Source: Methanocaldococcus jannaschii DSM 2661 (lineage in GTDB: Archaea > AGJL01 > Methanococci > Methanococcales > Methanocaldococcaceae). From it: a stretch of DNA of 32,000 nt. The notes under the pieces were generated by a model, which saw only the letters and a list, made by a program, of their open reading frames with translations, made no database searches and was not told the origin of the DNA. Shown here piece by piece: positions 9,621-20,549 of this stretch. Every line of letters starts with the position of its first letter. Position 1 is the first letter of the stretch. Location of the stretch: NCBI RefSeq assembly GCF_000091665.1, contig NC_000909.1, positions 1,222,961 through 1,254,960 on the forward strand, in the 5' to 3' direction. The translations under genes were made by a program, and so were the position numbers.

Positions 9621-11408
9621 TTATCCCCCAATGTAAAATTTAAACAGCATATATCCAACAATCAACATTAGTAATATATGCTTTATTCCAGCAATAATCG
9701 ACCTCTCAGTAAGTATTCCTAAAGAAGCTCCAGAGAATATGGAATATATCAAAATTCCTTGGAATAAATAGTTTTTATAAAATTCAACACTCAAACCATG
9801 AATATTTTTTAATAATGTTGGCAGGAGGGAATGAACCATAATGTACGATGTCCCAATGTACAGGAAAAATGAGAGATAGATGACAACCACATATATAAAC
9901 TGCCTTGCACTTATCTCCCTTTTCATTTCACTTAACTTGTATGCATGAACCGTAACTGAGGTTAAGATATCCTTTACATCCCCACCAGAGACGGCACATT
10001 CTTTTAATATTGAGGCGATTCTTTTTGCAATTAAAGATTTTTCTGTTCTTTCTAAATCGGCAAATACTTCATTCACAGGCCTTCCCCAAGACATCTGAAT
10101 AGCCATTTTTTTAACAATTTTTGTTAAAGGCCCATAGTTCGTTCTTGCACAGACCTGCATCGCTCTAATTATATCCATACCACTTCTCACAGCCATGGTT
10201 AAATCATTTAAAAATATAGGGTAGTATCTCTCCTTTTGATTTTCAATAATAAAATGCCAATAGCTTGTTAAAATAAAAGGAAGTATAAGAAACAAAATTC
10301 CAAACATTAAGAAATCAGTTCCATGGAACTTAAAAATTGATTTTCTAATGAAAAACAACATAAAAGAAATTATAGAAAGCATCCAAAAAAACAAAGTAAT
10401 AAAATGAACTGGTTTCCATTTAAATTTCATTTTTATGCCTTCTATCTCTGGTTCATCAAATTCTTTTAAAACATCTAATAAAGAAACATTTAATTTGAAG
10501 TCTTTTGGTAGTATTCCATAAACCAATCCCATAAAAATTATTGATGCTATTGGAACCCATAAATAAAAGGTCAGTGGAAGTAGCTTTGGGTCTCCAAAAA
10601 GTGATGCGGTTTGTAAAATTGCACTAATGGATGAAGCTACAGGAACTGTCATAACAACAAAAAGAGGAATCATACCACATGCTATTACATAAAACTCAGA
10701 CAGTATCTCAACTTTTTCAATAGCTTCAAATAATTCCAACTTTCTATCTTCCATCAATCGTTCATATATTTCATGAAAAATGTTTTTCATCTCAGCCCCA
10801 ACTATTAAAGAGGCTACTATATTATAATAAACTGAAGACAGCTTTTTACTTGGTGTTATCCTTGCTCTTCTTAAAAATGTTGTTATAATGTCATAATTGA
10901 ATACCTTCGTATCCTTAACTATTTCTTTTGCCTCTTTACTCATCCCTCCATAAATATCCTCTTTTGATAGAGAAGTAAATATCTCCACTACAGGAATGTT
11001 TGCTGAAGATAAGGCAGAGATAAAGGCAAACGCATAAGGTAAATTCTCATCTATACTTTTAGCCTTTTCTTCAGCTAAGACATAAGGATATAAGACCCCA
11101 ATAAGAATAACAATAAAAATCCCTCCAATAAGCCCAAAAATTGCATAGAATATATTAAATACTATTAAAAAAATTATGAAGATAATTAACCCTAATATTA
11201 TAGATGTTAAAAATACTACAGGCAGATATGTGGAAGAAACTGCATTCATACCTGCTTTTAATAAAATTTCATCAAATTTCTCATCCTCTATTTTAAAAAG
11301 TTTCATAGCCAATTTATAATACCTTAACTTTAAATTGGCAAAAAAATCCAATTCAATCACCTTTATGATATTCTTTATACTCACATATCTTTTTAACAAA
11401 TTCTTCAA
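9621..11408 (-). CDS. Type II/IV secretion system membrane protein, TadC/GspF/ArlJ-like, with two T2SF-type halves
   Basis: 595 aa, multiple TM segments; RSGMDIIRAMQVCARTNYGPLTKIVKKMAIQMSWGRPVNEVFADLERTEKSLIAKRIASILKECAVSGGDVKDILTSV is a characteristic T2SF block. The start overlaps the ATPase gene by ~56 nt. Confidence 0.8.
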   Translation of the reverse strand: MKNLLKRYVSIKNIIKVIELDFFANLKLRYYKLAMKLFKIEDEKFDEILLKAGMNAVSSTYLPVVFLTSIILGLIIFIIFLIVFNIFYAIFGLIGGIFIVILIGVLYPYVLAEEKAKSIDENLPYAFAFISALSSANIPVVEIFTSLSKEDIYGGMSKEAKEIVKDTKVFNYDIITTFLRRARITPSKKLSSVYYNIVASLIVGAEMKNIFHEIYERLMEDRKLELFEAIEKVEILSEFYVIACGMIPLFVVMTVPVASSISAILQTASLFGDPKLLPLTFYLWVPIASIIFMGLVYGILPKDFKLNVSLLDVLKEFDEPEIEGIKMKFKWKPVHFITLFFWMLSIISFMLFFIRKSIFKFHGTDFLMFGILFLILPFILTSYWHFIIENQKERYYPIFLNDLTMAVRSGMDIIRAMQVCARTNYGPLTKIVKKMAIQMSWGRPVNEVFADLERTEKSLIAKRIASILKECAVSGGDVKDILTSVTVHAYKLSEMKREISARQFIYVVVIYLSFFLYIGTSYIMVHSLLPTLLKNIHGLSVEFYKNYLFQGILIYSIFSGASLGILTERSIIAGIKHILLMLIVGYMLFKFYIGG

Positions 11409-12165
11409 AATTTGGTTTTGTTTTACATAAATTCCTCAAAAATTCTGCTCTACTATGAAGTTCATTAATAATCTCTTTTTCTGAAATTCCAATGAACTCA
11501 GCTATTCTTCTTAACAAATAACTTTCTCCAGAAAATTCAAATGTATCATCTTCAGGATTCCACCTAAAAACATCATGTAATATAATATCATCAATTTTTG
11601 GGTCGTATTCAACAATCTCAGTTATACTCTTAGTTCTTCTAACAAATCTTCCTTTATAAATCAATCTAACCTGCATACATATGGCATTTAGTTGTTCAAG
11701 CATAATCTTTGGAATGTTCATTGGTTCAGCATTCAACCTCCTTATAACTGCCTCTGGGGATTTTGCGTGTATCGTTGATAACGCCAAATGTCCTGTAGTT
11801 ATTGCTTGAAATAATATCTTCGCCTCCTCACCTCTAACCTCTCCAACAATTAAATAATCTGGTCTTTGCCTTAAAGCCGCTTTTAATAAATCCATCATAG
11901 TTATTTCATATTCTTCTCCACCGAATCCACTTCTTGTAGTTCCAGCAATCCAGTTTTCATGATACAACCTAATTTCTGGAGTATCCTCAATAGATACGAT
12001 TTTCATTTGAGGAGGGATGAAAAGAGAGAATGCATTTAAAAGGGTGGTTTTTCCAGTAGCTACCTCTCCAGCAACCATAATAGAATTTTTATATTCAATG
12101 AGTAACCAAAGATATGCAAGCATCTCTGGAGAAATACTCCCATATCTTATTAAATCTGTTGGCAA
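11353..12165 (-). CDS. Secretion/pilus assembly ATPase (GspE/TadA/ArlI family), C-terminal catalytic part of a frameshifted gene
   Basis: Walker A GEVATGKTT, IEDTPEIRL, Walker B DYLIVGEVRGEEA, TGHLALSTIHAKSPEAVIRRL. The frame is open upstream of the annotated ATG to STFTIRKFTHTPILPTDLI. Confidence 0.85.
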   Translation of the reverse strand: MPTDLIRYGSISPEMLAYLWLLIEYKNSIMVAGEVATGKTTLLNAFSLFIPPQMKIVSIEDTPEIRLYHENWIAGTTRSGFGGEEYEITMMDLLKAALRQRPDYLIVGEVRGEEAKILFQAITTGHLALSTIHAKSPEAVIRRLNAEPMNIPKIMLEQLNAICMQVRLIYKGRFVRRTKSITEIVEYDPKIDDIILHDVFRWNPEDDTFEFSGESYLLRRIAEFIGISEKEIINELHSRAEFLRNLCKTKPNFEEFVKKICEYKEYHKGD

Positions 12166-12188
12166 TATAGGAGTGTGTGTGAATTTTC

Positions 12189-12947
12189 TTATTGTAAATG
12201 TTGAACCATATCTGAGATATCCCTTCCAAGGGTTACATTTAGCCTGCTACCATCTGGGAGAGAACCATCCACTATTGGATTAGCCAATGTTAAAGATTTT
12301 CCACACCTTTGGGCTAAGGATATACAAAACGAGTCTAATTCTTCATCAGTTTCAAATTTTATATTTGTCTTTAAATGTTCGTATTTTCTATGAAACACAT
12401 ACACTGGCTTTCCAACACCTGTGCAACTGATATCCTCCAAATTCTCATCTTTCATAAGAGCATCTATTTTCCCATATCCAATGAGGTATTTAATTAAAAA
12501 GTAAATTAACTTATGTCTTGTTACATCATCCAATGTTAATTTTAAATCGTCAAAAATTTCTTTAATTTTTTCTTTTAAATAATCCTCCAACTTTTCTTTG
12601 TCTATTTCTTCAACTGGAACATCCAATAATGCCTGAACAACTTTTCTTAGTTTTAAAAATAGTTTTATCTCTTCTTTTGTTAGAATTGGCTCAATAACAA
12701 TATACTTTTTTGTTTTTTCTACATTATCATAACCAATTATAATCTCCGCCATACCAATCGTCATTTTTTCATAAATTTCAAGATTTTTAATTTCTTCATA
12801 AATCTCTTTTAAAGCATCCAAATAACTTTCATTTTCCTCTCTATCCTTTTTTACATTTTTGTCTAATTTAAAAATTTTTTTAATGTCTATATTTTTGTTA
12901 AAATTAAAATTTTCACCAAATATTTTCTTTATTACCATAAATATCAC
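12189..12947 (-). CDS. Secretion/pilus assembly ATPase, N-terminal part of the same frameshifted gene
   Basis: IGYGKIDALMKDENLEDISCTGVGKPVYVFHRKY...NPIVDGSLPDGSRLNVTLGRDIS is typical of the GspE/CpaF N-terminal domain, then the frame is lost at DMVQHLQ*. Confidence 0.8.
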   Translation of the reverse strand: MIFMVIKKIFGENFNFNKNIDIKKIFKLDKNVKKDREENESYLDALKEIYEEIKNLEIYEKMTIGMAEIIIGYDNVEKTKKYIVIEPILTKEEIKLFLKLRKVVQALLDVPVEEIDKEKLEDYLKEKIKEIFDDLKLTLDDVTRHKLIYFLIKYLIGYGKIDALMKDENLEDISCTGVGKPVYVFHRKYEHLKTNIKFETDEELDSFCISLAQRCGKSLTLANPIVDGSLPDGSRLNVTLGRDISDMVQHLQ

Positions 12948-13315
12948 TCTATATAAATCATATAGGTGTTATTGACCTTTTTACATGAGATTTTAGAAAT
13001 GTCAGAAATCTCATTTTTAAAGAATCTAATGTTGTTATTAAACTTATGAACATAGGTTTTATTTTGGAAAATTATTGTAAATGAATTATTTTCAAATATG
13101 ACCTTGCAATTTAGGTTTATTTTTTTGTAGAGAGTTATATTCCCCTCATTTGCTAAAACTACTGCATTCATAACTTCTGAAGTTATTTCCCTATCAACCT
13201 TGTCAATATACCTATATTTTCCAATTTCAATTAATTCAGAGTAAATTGTAGAGGTAAATATAATAACCAAAAATGAAACTGCCATAAGAAGAATGGATTT
13301 TGCAATAATATGCAT
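12944..13315 (-). CDS. Small pilus-cluster secreted/membrane-anchored protein
   Basis: 123 aa; MHIIAKSILLMAVSFLVIIFTSTIYSE; overlaps the ATPase start by 4 nt. Confidence 0.55.
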   Translation of the reverse strand: MHIIAKSILLMAVSFLVIIFTSTIYSELIEIGKYRYIDKVDREITSEVMNAVVLANEGNITLYKKINLNCKVIFENNSFTIIFQNKTYVHKFNNNIRFFKNEISDISKISCKKVNNTYMIYIE

Positions 13316-13317
13316 AT

Positions 13318-13815
13318 TTATCCCATCAATAAGCTATAAACATAAACCTTTGAGTTATTAACATAGAAATGCCTCAAATTATCGGAGTAGTTTATTGTTA
13401 TATTTCCTCCAAACTCATAAATTGATAGATTTGTATATTTGATATAATAAACATTTGGACATTGAGCGGAGATGTTGTAGATAAAGATATATAATGTTCC
13501 TTTTTCAAGATAAACATCATAATCAATTCCTTCAATGGTTGTGATATTGAATGATACATACTTTGTCCCATTAGAAATTTTAACATTATTTTCTTTTAAA
13601 GTAATCTTAGTTTCATCAAATGTCCTTTCTGAATCTACACCACTGTATATTACATCATTTATTAGATTTTTTATAATTTCTATACGATTTTTTTCTTTTT
13701 CTTTTGAAACCTGATTTAAAGTGGTGTCTATTATGTTAATTCCCCATTCATAGGCAATAATTGATAATGCAAAGATTGTAGTTAAAACTAAAAGAGTAGA
13801 TAGATATGTATTCAT
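13318..13815 (-). CDS. Pilin-like membrane-anchored protein
   Basis: 165 aa; [41 protein letters not shown]. Confidence 0.6.
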
Positions 13816-14750
13816 TTTCTTCCCCTTTTACTCAAATAAATAGCCAATCCTATTATCCCAAAACCTATAATAATTCCAATAAAGCTTAATAAATAATTAC
13901 TCATGAATTTCGTAGAGTTTTCAGAGATTTTATTATTTTCTAATATTATTATATCATCAATTGTCGAATTATAAAGTTTTACATACAAATACGGCTCTTT
14001 TAAATAGGCAGTTTTATTTGAAACAAAAACATTATATTTTCTATCAAATGTAAATGTCCCTTTTGGGTTTTTGATAGTGTAAGATGTCCTATTTTCTGTA
14101 ATTGATGTAACATTTGCTACTGCATATCCATAAAATTCTGAACTATTGAAGAACTTTGTATAATAAATATTACAAATTGAGGAGACATTATCTAAATAAA
14201 TCAAACTTATAACTTTTTTATCTGTTTTATTATACTCTAAGATATATTTTCCATTCGTCTCAGCCAATTTATTTTCCGCCACTATGATTATTTTCACATT
14301 ATTTGGTGGAATCCTCATTCTAATTGGTCCTCCAAGGGAGCCAACATAATCTTCAATTTGAGGAATCGTTATGTTTATTGTGTAATTTATTTTATCAACA
14401 CTAAAATTGTAGTAGAATATAAGAGAATTTGAAGAGTTTCTATATAGTAAATTAGAATAGTTGTATCCATATATTTTCTCATACAAAATAATTCCAGCGG
14501 ATTTTATGTGATATGGATTGTTTGTCCCATTTATTACATCTTTAACATAGGCAGTATTGTTTTTTACAATAATATATAGAATTTCGTTGTAGTTTATATT
14601 ACTGTAGATTATATTATTGTGAGAAATATTTGAACTTGAGATGTTTTTAGAGGTTGTGTTTGAAATATCTGAAATATTCTCAGCATAAGTAAAATAAACA
14701 GAGAATAATCCAAAAATACATAAAATTAACAAATAAATTGCCTTTTTCAT
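13812..14750 (-). CDS. Secreted protein with signal peptide and C-terminal TM anchor, rich in N-x-S/T sequons
   Basis: [27 protein letters not shown]... and [29 protein letters not shown]. Confidence 0.65.
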
Positions 14751-14762
14751 ACTATCACCTTT

Positions 14763-15485
14763 TTAACTAATTTCAAATGTTATTTTTTTCTCTACGTCTC
14801 CATATTTCGTTGAAGCAATGATTTCAAATATTATTGTATTTGGAACTTTTGTATTATTTATTAGGATGTAATAATTTATATCTGTTTTAGAATTCCCCTT
14901 CAATAAAAAACTCTCTGTTGGACAATTTAAATCAATTAAATCAAGCAAATTTGAAGTATTCAATGCGTTTCCATTAGAAGCAGCAGCATAGAATAGTTTT
15001 CCATTTTCATCATAAAATTTCATTGAGGAATAATACACTGTTCCATTAAAATAAACATATTGTCCGCTATAATTGTAAGGGTTTTCATCTCTATCCAACA
15101 ATAAATTGTTACTGCTATCATCTATATTTACTGATGCCCAGGAAACATTTGGAGTTAAGCAGTATATTCTTGTATTTACATTTAAATCTTCATCAATATT
15201 GTTTATAAATTCTAATTTTATTGTTTGAATAAATCGCTCCTCTGGGTTATTTGTTATCCGGGAATCTCCATTTAAATCAAGATTTGTAAAATAGTATGTT
15301 TCAATTGTAGAAATTTCAATAGGTTTTATGATATTCCCTATCGATGACTTTATTGTTGGGGTTATTTTTTCGGTAGTGTCGCTAAATACCTTGTTACTCC
15401 AAGCGTAATAAGCTGCACCGATGACAATTGCAGTTCCTATTAATAATAACATTGTAATTATTAGGGACATTCCCGACTTGTTCAT
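14763..15485 (-). CDS. Archaeal pilin/archaellin-like N-terminal protein, first gene of the pilus cluster
   Basis: 240 aa; MNKSGMSLIITMLLLIGTAIVIGAAYYAWSNKVFSDT. Confidence 0.65.
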   Translation of the reverse strand: MNKSGMSLIITMLLLIGTAIVIGAAYYAWSNKVFSDTTEKITPTIKSSIGNIIKPIEISTIETYYFTNLDLNGDSRITNNPEERFIQTIKLEFINNIDEDLNVNTRIYCLTPNVSWASVNIDDSSNNLLLDRDENPYNYSGQYVYFNGTVYYSSMKFYDENGKLFYAAASNGNALNTSNLLDLIDLNCPTESFLLKGNSKTDINYYILINNTKVPNTIIFEIIASTKYGDVEKKITFEIS

Positions 15486-15698
15486 TAAACTTCACCATTA
15501 AGTTTATGTAAGTGTTTATGTATATGGGCAATAAAGTAAATTTTATGATATTTAAGATTATCTTAACTATAAAAAATTTATTAATTATTTGATTATTGTA
15601 GTATGATATTTTAAATATAAATGCGGTATTATGGCATATATATTTAAACATTATTATTACATAGCACATTACAATATATAAAATTAGGTGTCACATTT

Positions 15699-17357
15699 AT
15701 GAAATTCAAATATATCGTATTATTATTTGCACTGTCTTTAGCATTAATCACAGTTAATGGCTTAGAGATAAAGGATATTGATTACAGCGATAGCTCGCAA
15801 TATCTAATAATAACAGTAAGTAATCCAGATAATAACATTAATGCAAATATATCAATAATTGGATATATAGACAACAAAATAGATACGCAAGTGGAGATGT
15901 TTAATTACTCAATCCCAAAATATTCTCTAATGTTTATTAGAAAGAAGATGGTGTTTAATGAAAAAGGAGTTCATACAGTATTTGTAACAATAAAAAGTAA
16001 TAATATAACCTATACTTTTTATAAAAAAATAAATATAACCTATGCATATAACAGCAAAGTTCCAGTTCCTGAAGAAGAAGTAACTAAAAAGATAGAGATA
16101 GAGGGTTTAGAGTTTGAAATATGTCCCTACCCATATCCTCCTTTTTACGATTTTGTATATGTAACTATAAGAAACAACGATTATGTTCCTCACTATGTTA
16201 ATATTTCATTTACGGCATCTTTACAAGGAACTTATTACATCATTAAAGACAACAAAATAATAAAATCAAATCCTCCGTCAAATGGCTTAATAATAAAATC
16301 TTGGACGCCTAACGTTTATGTTCCTCCAAAATCCAAAATTATAATTCCCATAAAAGTTAATTTTTACTATTCTGGAAAATACACGATAACAGTAAAGGCA
16401 GTTAGTGATAATCATTATTCAACTGAAAAAACAGTTAAAGGTAATACTGTAATTTTAAAATCTCTATTTGGAGATGAGATAAAGGTCTATAATGTAGAAA
16501 TAGCTTGCCCACTGTATGTATATAATGTTAGATGTGAGGATGAATATGGGGACTATGCATATTCAAACTGGTTTGATGTTGATGTGAATAATACAGTTGA
16601 TTATGATGTTTATGGAACTCTACAGGTATTTCTATGTAAAAAAGAGGGAGATAATTATCTCATATTAAATAATAAAACAATAAATAAATACTTTTTAGCA
16701 AAAGAATTTAATGATGGATACTCAATTCCAGTTAAACTTAATACATCAGCGTTAAACCCTTATGATGAAAATTTCACAATATTTGTGTTATGTAAAACTG
16801 GAAATATGGAAAGTTTTTATTATAAAACATTTACTAAGCCAATAAAGATAAATAGTTTAGAAGTAAAGAATTATCCAGAACATTACTATTTTGTTGATGA
16901 AAGCATATTCTATGATGTTTATGTTAATGTAACAAATAACTTAAATAAAAAGATATATGCGAATATATCGATAAAGGATATTTATAATAAAACCTACTCA
17001 AAAGAAGTGGAGCTTAACAAAAGTTGCGTAAATATTATTAAATTTAGTGGATTAAAAATTAATGCAAAAGATTTATCTCACGATGGAAAAATTAAACTCA
17101 AATTTATAGTTACTGCTATAACTCCACCTTATGAAAAATACTACATCATTAAGAAAAATATAAGTATAAATTTATCTTTAATTCCAACTCCACCAGTTTA
17201 TCTATGCAGTAACTTAAATGATGAGATATTTGTTGGATATCCTCAAAATTTATCTTTTAGCTTAAAGAAAGTCGTTGGAAGATGCGTTGAGACAAGAGTA
17301 TATATAACAGTCCCAGACGATATTAAAAAATATACTATTTTGAAGAGAAGTATTTAA
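15699..17357 (+). CDS. Large secreted surface protein, N-terminal part (frameshifted)
   Basis: Signal peptide [21 protein letters not shown]; repeated beta-rich Ig-like segments; in-frame continuation is lost at ...YTILKRSI*. Confidence 0.6.
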
Positions 17358-17448
17358 AAATTGGAACAATGGAAGAGATTCCTGTAAATATAAAAACGCT
17401 ATTTTTAAAGGAATACACGGCCCTATCTACATACACGTTGCTACAAAT

Positions 17449-18162
17449 ATGGGAGTTAGAGAGTGTGTAGTAACAAGGATTATTAAATCAAGACCAATAA
17501 TTGCTTGTGAGGATGTATATCTGCACAATTACACTGTCTTTATAAAAATAAGAAATAGAACGCAGGGATTTGTGAAGTATGAGCCAATTGTTGGATATCC
17601 TGTTAATGTTACAGTTTCTCTAAAAAGTGCTGTTCCAGATTTAAAAGATATAGAAATCTGGGCTTCTGCAATGGATGAAAATGGCAGATTAATAAACTGT
17701 AGTAAAAAGAAAACCATCGATATTTACGGAAATTATAGAAAAGTTAATCTTGAAATTTTATTCAATGACTCATTAGAGGGATATTTAATAATATATGCTA
17801 AAACTGGGGAGGCAGTTATTCCTCTATATTATAAACCAATTATGGTCACCTATCCGGTAGTATTTGGTTTAGAATACAATCCTTCAGACCCTTGGGCAAA
17901 TCTAACACTATCTCATAATTATCAAGTTCCTATAAAGGTTAATGCTACAATAGGTAAATATTCCAAAATAATAACAATCTACCCATATAAAGAGACAAAA
18001 GTTCCGTTTTATGTTGGGAAAGATAGAAACAATATAACTGTAAGCATTGAACTACTTAATAATATATCAACGATAAAAAAATTCAAAAAAACATTTTATT
18101 TCAAAAAATTAAATAAAATTAAAACTTCTATTAATGAAACAGTAGTTAACAAATATAATTAA
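17449..18162 (+). CDS. Middle part of the same surface protein
   Basis: The frame is open upstream of this ATG: ...[44 protein letters not shown]...; ends ...ETVVNKYN*. Confidence 0.55.
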
Positions 18163-18208
18163 TATAACAAACGAAACTAAAATATACAACCAAACTGAAA
18201 AAGGAAAA

Positions 18209-18904
18209 ATGACAAATAAAACCAGAAAGGAAACAAATGAAATTAAAAATAATATCACCCTACCACCAAATATTAAAACTGAGGTAAATAGAACTAGTAA
18301 ATATGATTTTACAAATCTCTCTAAAGATTTAGAAATAGTATATGCTCTTATAAAAATTACAGGTTTCGATGAATATCTACCATTTAATATTGAAAACTTA
18401 AATAAAATATTCATTAAAGAAAAAATATCGCCCTACCCATATTTGCTAAATTTAATAAAGGATTTAATAATCCTATTCGTTATTGGATTGATTATAACAA
18501 TAATCGGCTTATTAATGTATGAACCAACACGTCCAAAGGTAATATCTATAATTGCATCCATTCTCTATAAATTAAAAATTAAAGAAAAACCTAAACCTAA
18601 GAAAAAAGAAACCATAAAACTACCAAAACCTCCAAAAATCTATATATCTGATGTAATTTATTCATTAGGGGACACAGTAAGAATTGAAATATCTTCTGAG
18701 ATAGATATTGGCAATAATTTGTATATACTATCCCCAACAAATAAAAAATACAAAATAGAATTAATAAAAACTGGAAAAAATAAATACCTTGGATTATTCA
18801 AAATACCAGAGAATGAAGTTCCAGGGCAATATTTCATTATATATAAACCAGAAAACTTATCAATTGGAGGGTTTTTAGTAGTAGATATTAAAAAGGAGAT
18901 GTAA
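18209..18904 (+). CDS. C-terminal part of the same surface protein (TM segment plus cytoplasmic/Ig-like end)
   Basis: The frame is open upstream ([20 protein letters not shown]); TM LLNLIKDLIILFVIGLIITIIGLLMYE. Removing one base at each of the two junctions makes 15699..18904 a single 1067-codon frame. Confidence 0.55.
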   Translation: MTNKTRKETNEIKNNITLPPNIKTEVNRTSKYDFTNLSKDLEIVYALIKITGFDEYLPFNIENLNKIFIKEKISPYPYLLNLIKDLIILFVIGLIITIIGLLMYEPTRPKVISIIASILYKLKIKEKPKPKKKETIKLPKPPKIYISDVIYSLGDTVRIEISSEIDIGNNLYILSPTNKKYKIELIKTGKNKYLGLFKIPENEVPGQYFIIYKPENLSIGGFLVVDIKKEM

Positions 18905-19011
18905 TTTATTCTATTTTTTTCAAATCAATAAAATTTATTGAAGAAGGTTTGAACACCTCCAAAGGAAGGCGTTTATTAGTGCGTTAGTTATCTAAGAAGT
19001 TTGAAAGACAC

Positions 19012-19869
19012 TTATAATTTAGCATCCAATTTTATTCTTTTAATTGCCCTTCTATCTGCCCAGCATTGAATACAAATTCCTACAGGTAAAGAAGCTGTAT
19101 GGCATCCAGCAATCTCAATAAAAACATCTAAAGCAGTTATATCCCCTCCTAAACCCATTGCTCCAATTCCTAAGCTATTTATTTTTTCTAACAACTCTTT
19201 TTCAAGATTAGCTATTTCTTTATCCCTATGTCTCTCTCCTATTTTTCTTAGCAGTGCTTTTTTAGCTAATTTTAATGCTACATCAGCAGTTCCCCCAATG
19301 CCTATTCCAACAACTATTGGAGGACATGGCTTTCCTCCAGCATTTGCAATTGTTTCTAAAACAAAGTTTTTTATCCCCTCTATTCCATCAGAGGGCTTTA
19401 ACATCTTTAAAGCACTCATGTTTTCGCTTCCTGCCCCTTTTGGAAATGCAATTATCTCAATCTCTCTATCTAAGCTTTCATCAAACTCAATATTTATGAA
19501 TGGGGAATTTAAGCCAACATTTGTTTTAAAATTCTCTCTTGTTAAAGGATGAACTACATTAGGTCTTAAAGGAACCTCTTCCGTTGCTTTTTTTACTCCT
19601 TCTTTTATTTCTTCAATGATTTTCATTATTTCTGATGAATTTATATTCTTTCCAATTTTCAAAAATACTATTGGGACACCAGTATCTTGACATAGAGGAA
19701 CTTGCGTTTCTTCAGCTATTTTGTTATTTTCTATGATTGCTTTTAATGTGTTTTTTGATATTTCACTACTTTCTTTTTTATATGCTTCTTCTAAAGCATT
19801 TTTTACATCTTCTGGTAGATAAATAGCTGCCTCTCTAAATAATTCAACAACAACATCGGAGATTTTCAT
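19012..19869 (-). CDS. Class I fumarate hydratase / tartrate dehydratase alpha subunit
   Basis: 285 aa; PLCQDTGVPIVFLKIG, FPKGAGSENMSALKMLKPSDG, GKPCPPIVVGIGIGGTADVALKLAKKALLR, CHTASLPVGICIQCWADRRA. Confidence 0.9.
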   Translation of the reverse strand: MKISDVVVELFREAAIYLPEDVKNALEEAYKKESSEISKNTLKAIIENNKIAEETQVPLCQDTGVPIVFLKIGKNINSSEIMKIIEEIKEGVKKATEEVPLRPNVVHPLTRENFKTNVGLNSPFINIEFDESLDREIEIIAFPKGAGSENMSALKMLKPSDGIEGIKNFVLETIANAGGKPCPPIVVGIGIGGTADVALKLAKKALLRKIGERHRDKEIANLEKELLEKINSLGIGAMGLGGDITALDVFIEIAGCHTASLPVGICIQCWADRRAIKRIKLDAKL

Positions 19870-19878
19870 TCTTTCACC

Positions 19879-20535
19879 TCAAATTCTCTTTAAAAGCTCC
19901 TTTGGATAATGCAATAAAGTATTTTCCAACTCTTTATTGGTTAATCCTGCCCCTAAACCAACCTTTTTTGCAAACTCATCATCTATTAAATCCTCTGGAG
20001 CATGGGTGTCAGTATTTATCAAAGTTTTTAATCCAAACTCCCTTGCTATATTAGCCACATAGCCGTTAGTTATGTTATGTCCTCTCCTTGAAGTTATCTC
20101 AACAAATATATCATTCTCCTTCAAATTTTCAGCAGTTTCTTTATCAATAAAGCCAGGATGGGCTAAGATATCAACATCCTCAGATATTGAGGCATAGTAA
20201 TTAGTTTTTTCCTCAACTGGCTCAACTACCGTCTCCCCATGAACAACGACAATCTCAGCCCCTAAGTCTTTAGCTTTTTTAGCCATCTTTGGTATAGATT
20301 TTGGTGGGATGTGGGTTAGCTCAACACCAACAATAACTATGATATCATCCCAGTATTTTTTTAGCTCTTCCTTAGCGATTGTTGTTTTTTCTATAAGCTC
20401 TTTGTAGTTACTAAAATCAGCATGGTCTGTTATAGCTATAGCCCTATGTTTTAAGACCCTTGCCCTTCTAACTAATTCAGCAGGAATTAGCTCTCCATCA
20501 CTAAAAACCGTATGCGTATGAAAATCAAATCTCAA
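19879..20535 (-). CDS. PHP-domain metal-dependent phosphoesterase
   Basis: MRFDFHTHTVFSDGELIPAELVRRA, AITDHADF, VVHGET, DILAHPGFI, INTDTHAPEDL. Confidence 0.85.
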   Translation of the reverse strand: MRFDFHTHTVFSDGELIPAELVRRARVLKHRAIAITDHADFSNYKELIEKTTIAKEELKKYWDDIIVIVGVELTHIPPKSIPKMAKKAKDLGAEIVVVHGETVVEPVEEKTNYYASISEDVDILAHPGFIDKETAENLKENDIFVEITSRRGHNITNGYVANIAREFGLKTLINTDTHAPEDLIDDEFAKKVGLGAGLTNKELENTLLHYPKELLKRI

Positions 20536-20549
20536 AATATCACCTCATT

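Noticed and set aside
12205-12222. Programmed ribosomal frameshifting in the ATPase gene
   Set aside because: No slippery heptamer or downstream structure seen at the junction; simple mutation, sequence error or length switching is a simpler explanation.
12017-12283. Plus-strand 88-aa ORF opposite the ATPase gene
   Set aside because: Antisense to conserved coding sequence, no recognisable domain; a by-product of codon composition, like the other small opposite-strand ORFs (3382..3735, 19275..19499, 24471..24677, 25101..25391, 27491..29237 set).
18930-18990. CACCTCCAAAGGAAGGCG as another copy of the AAA-loop hairpin family
   Set aside because: The stem is only 4-5 bp with mismatches and no flanking duplication is visible; too weak to claim.
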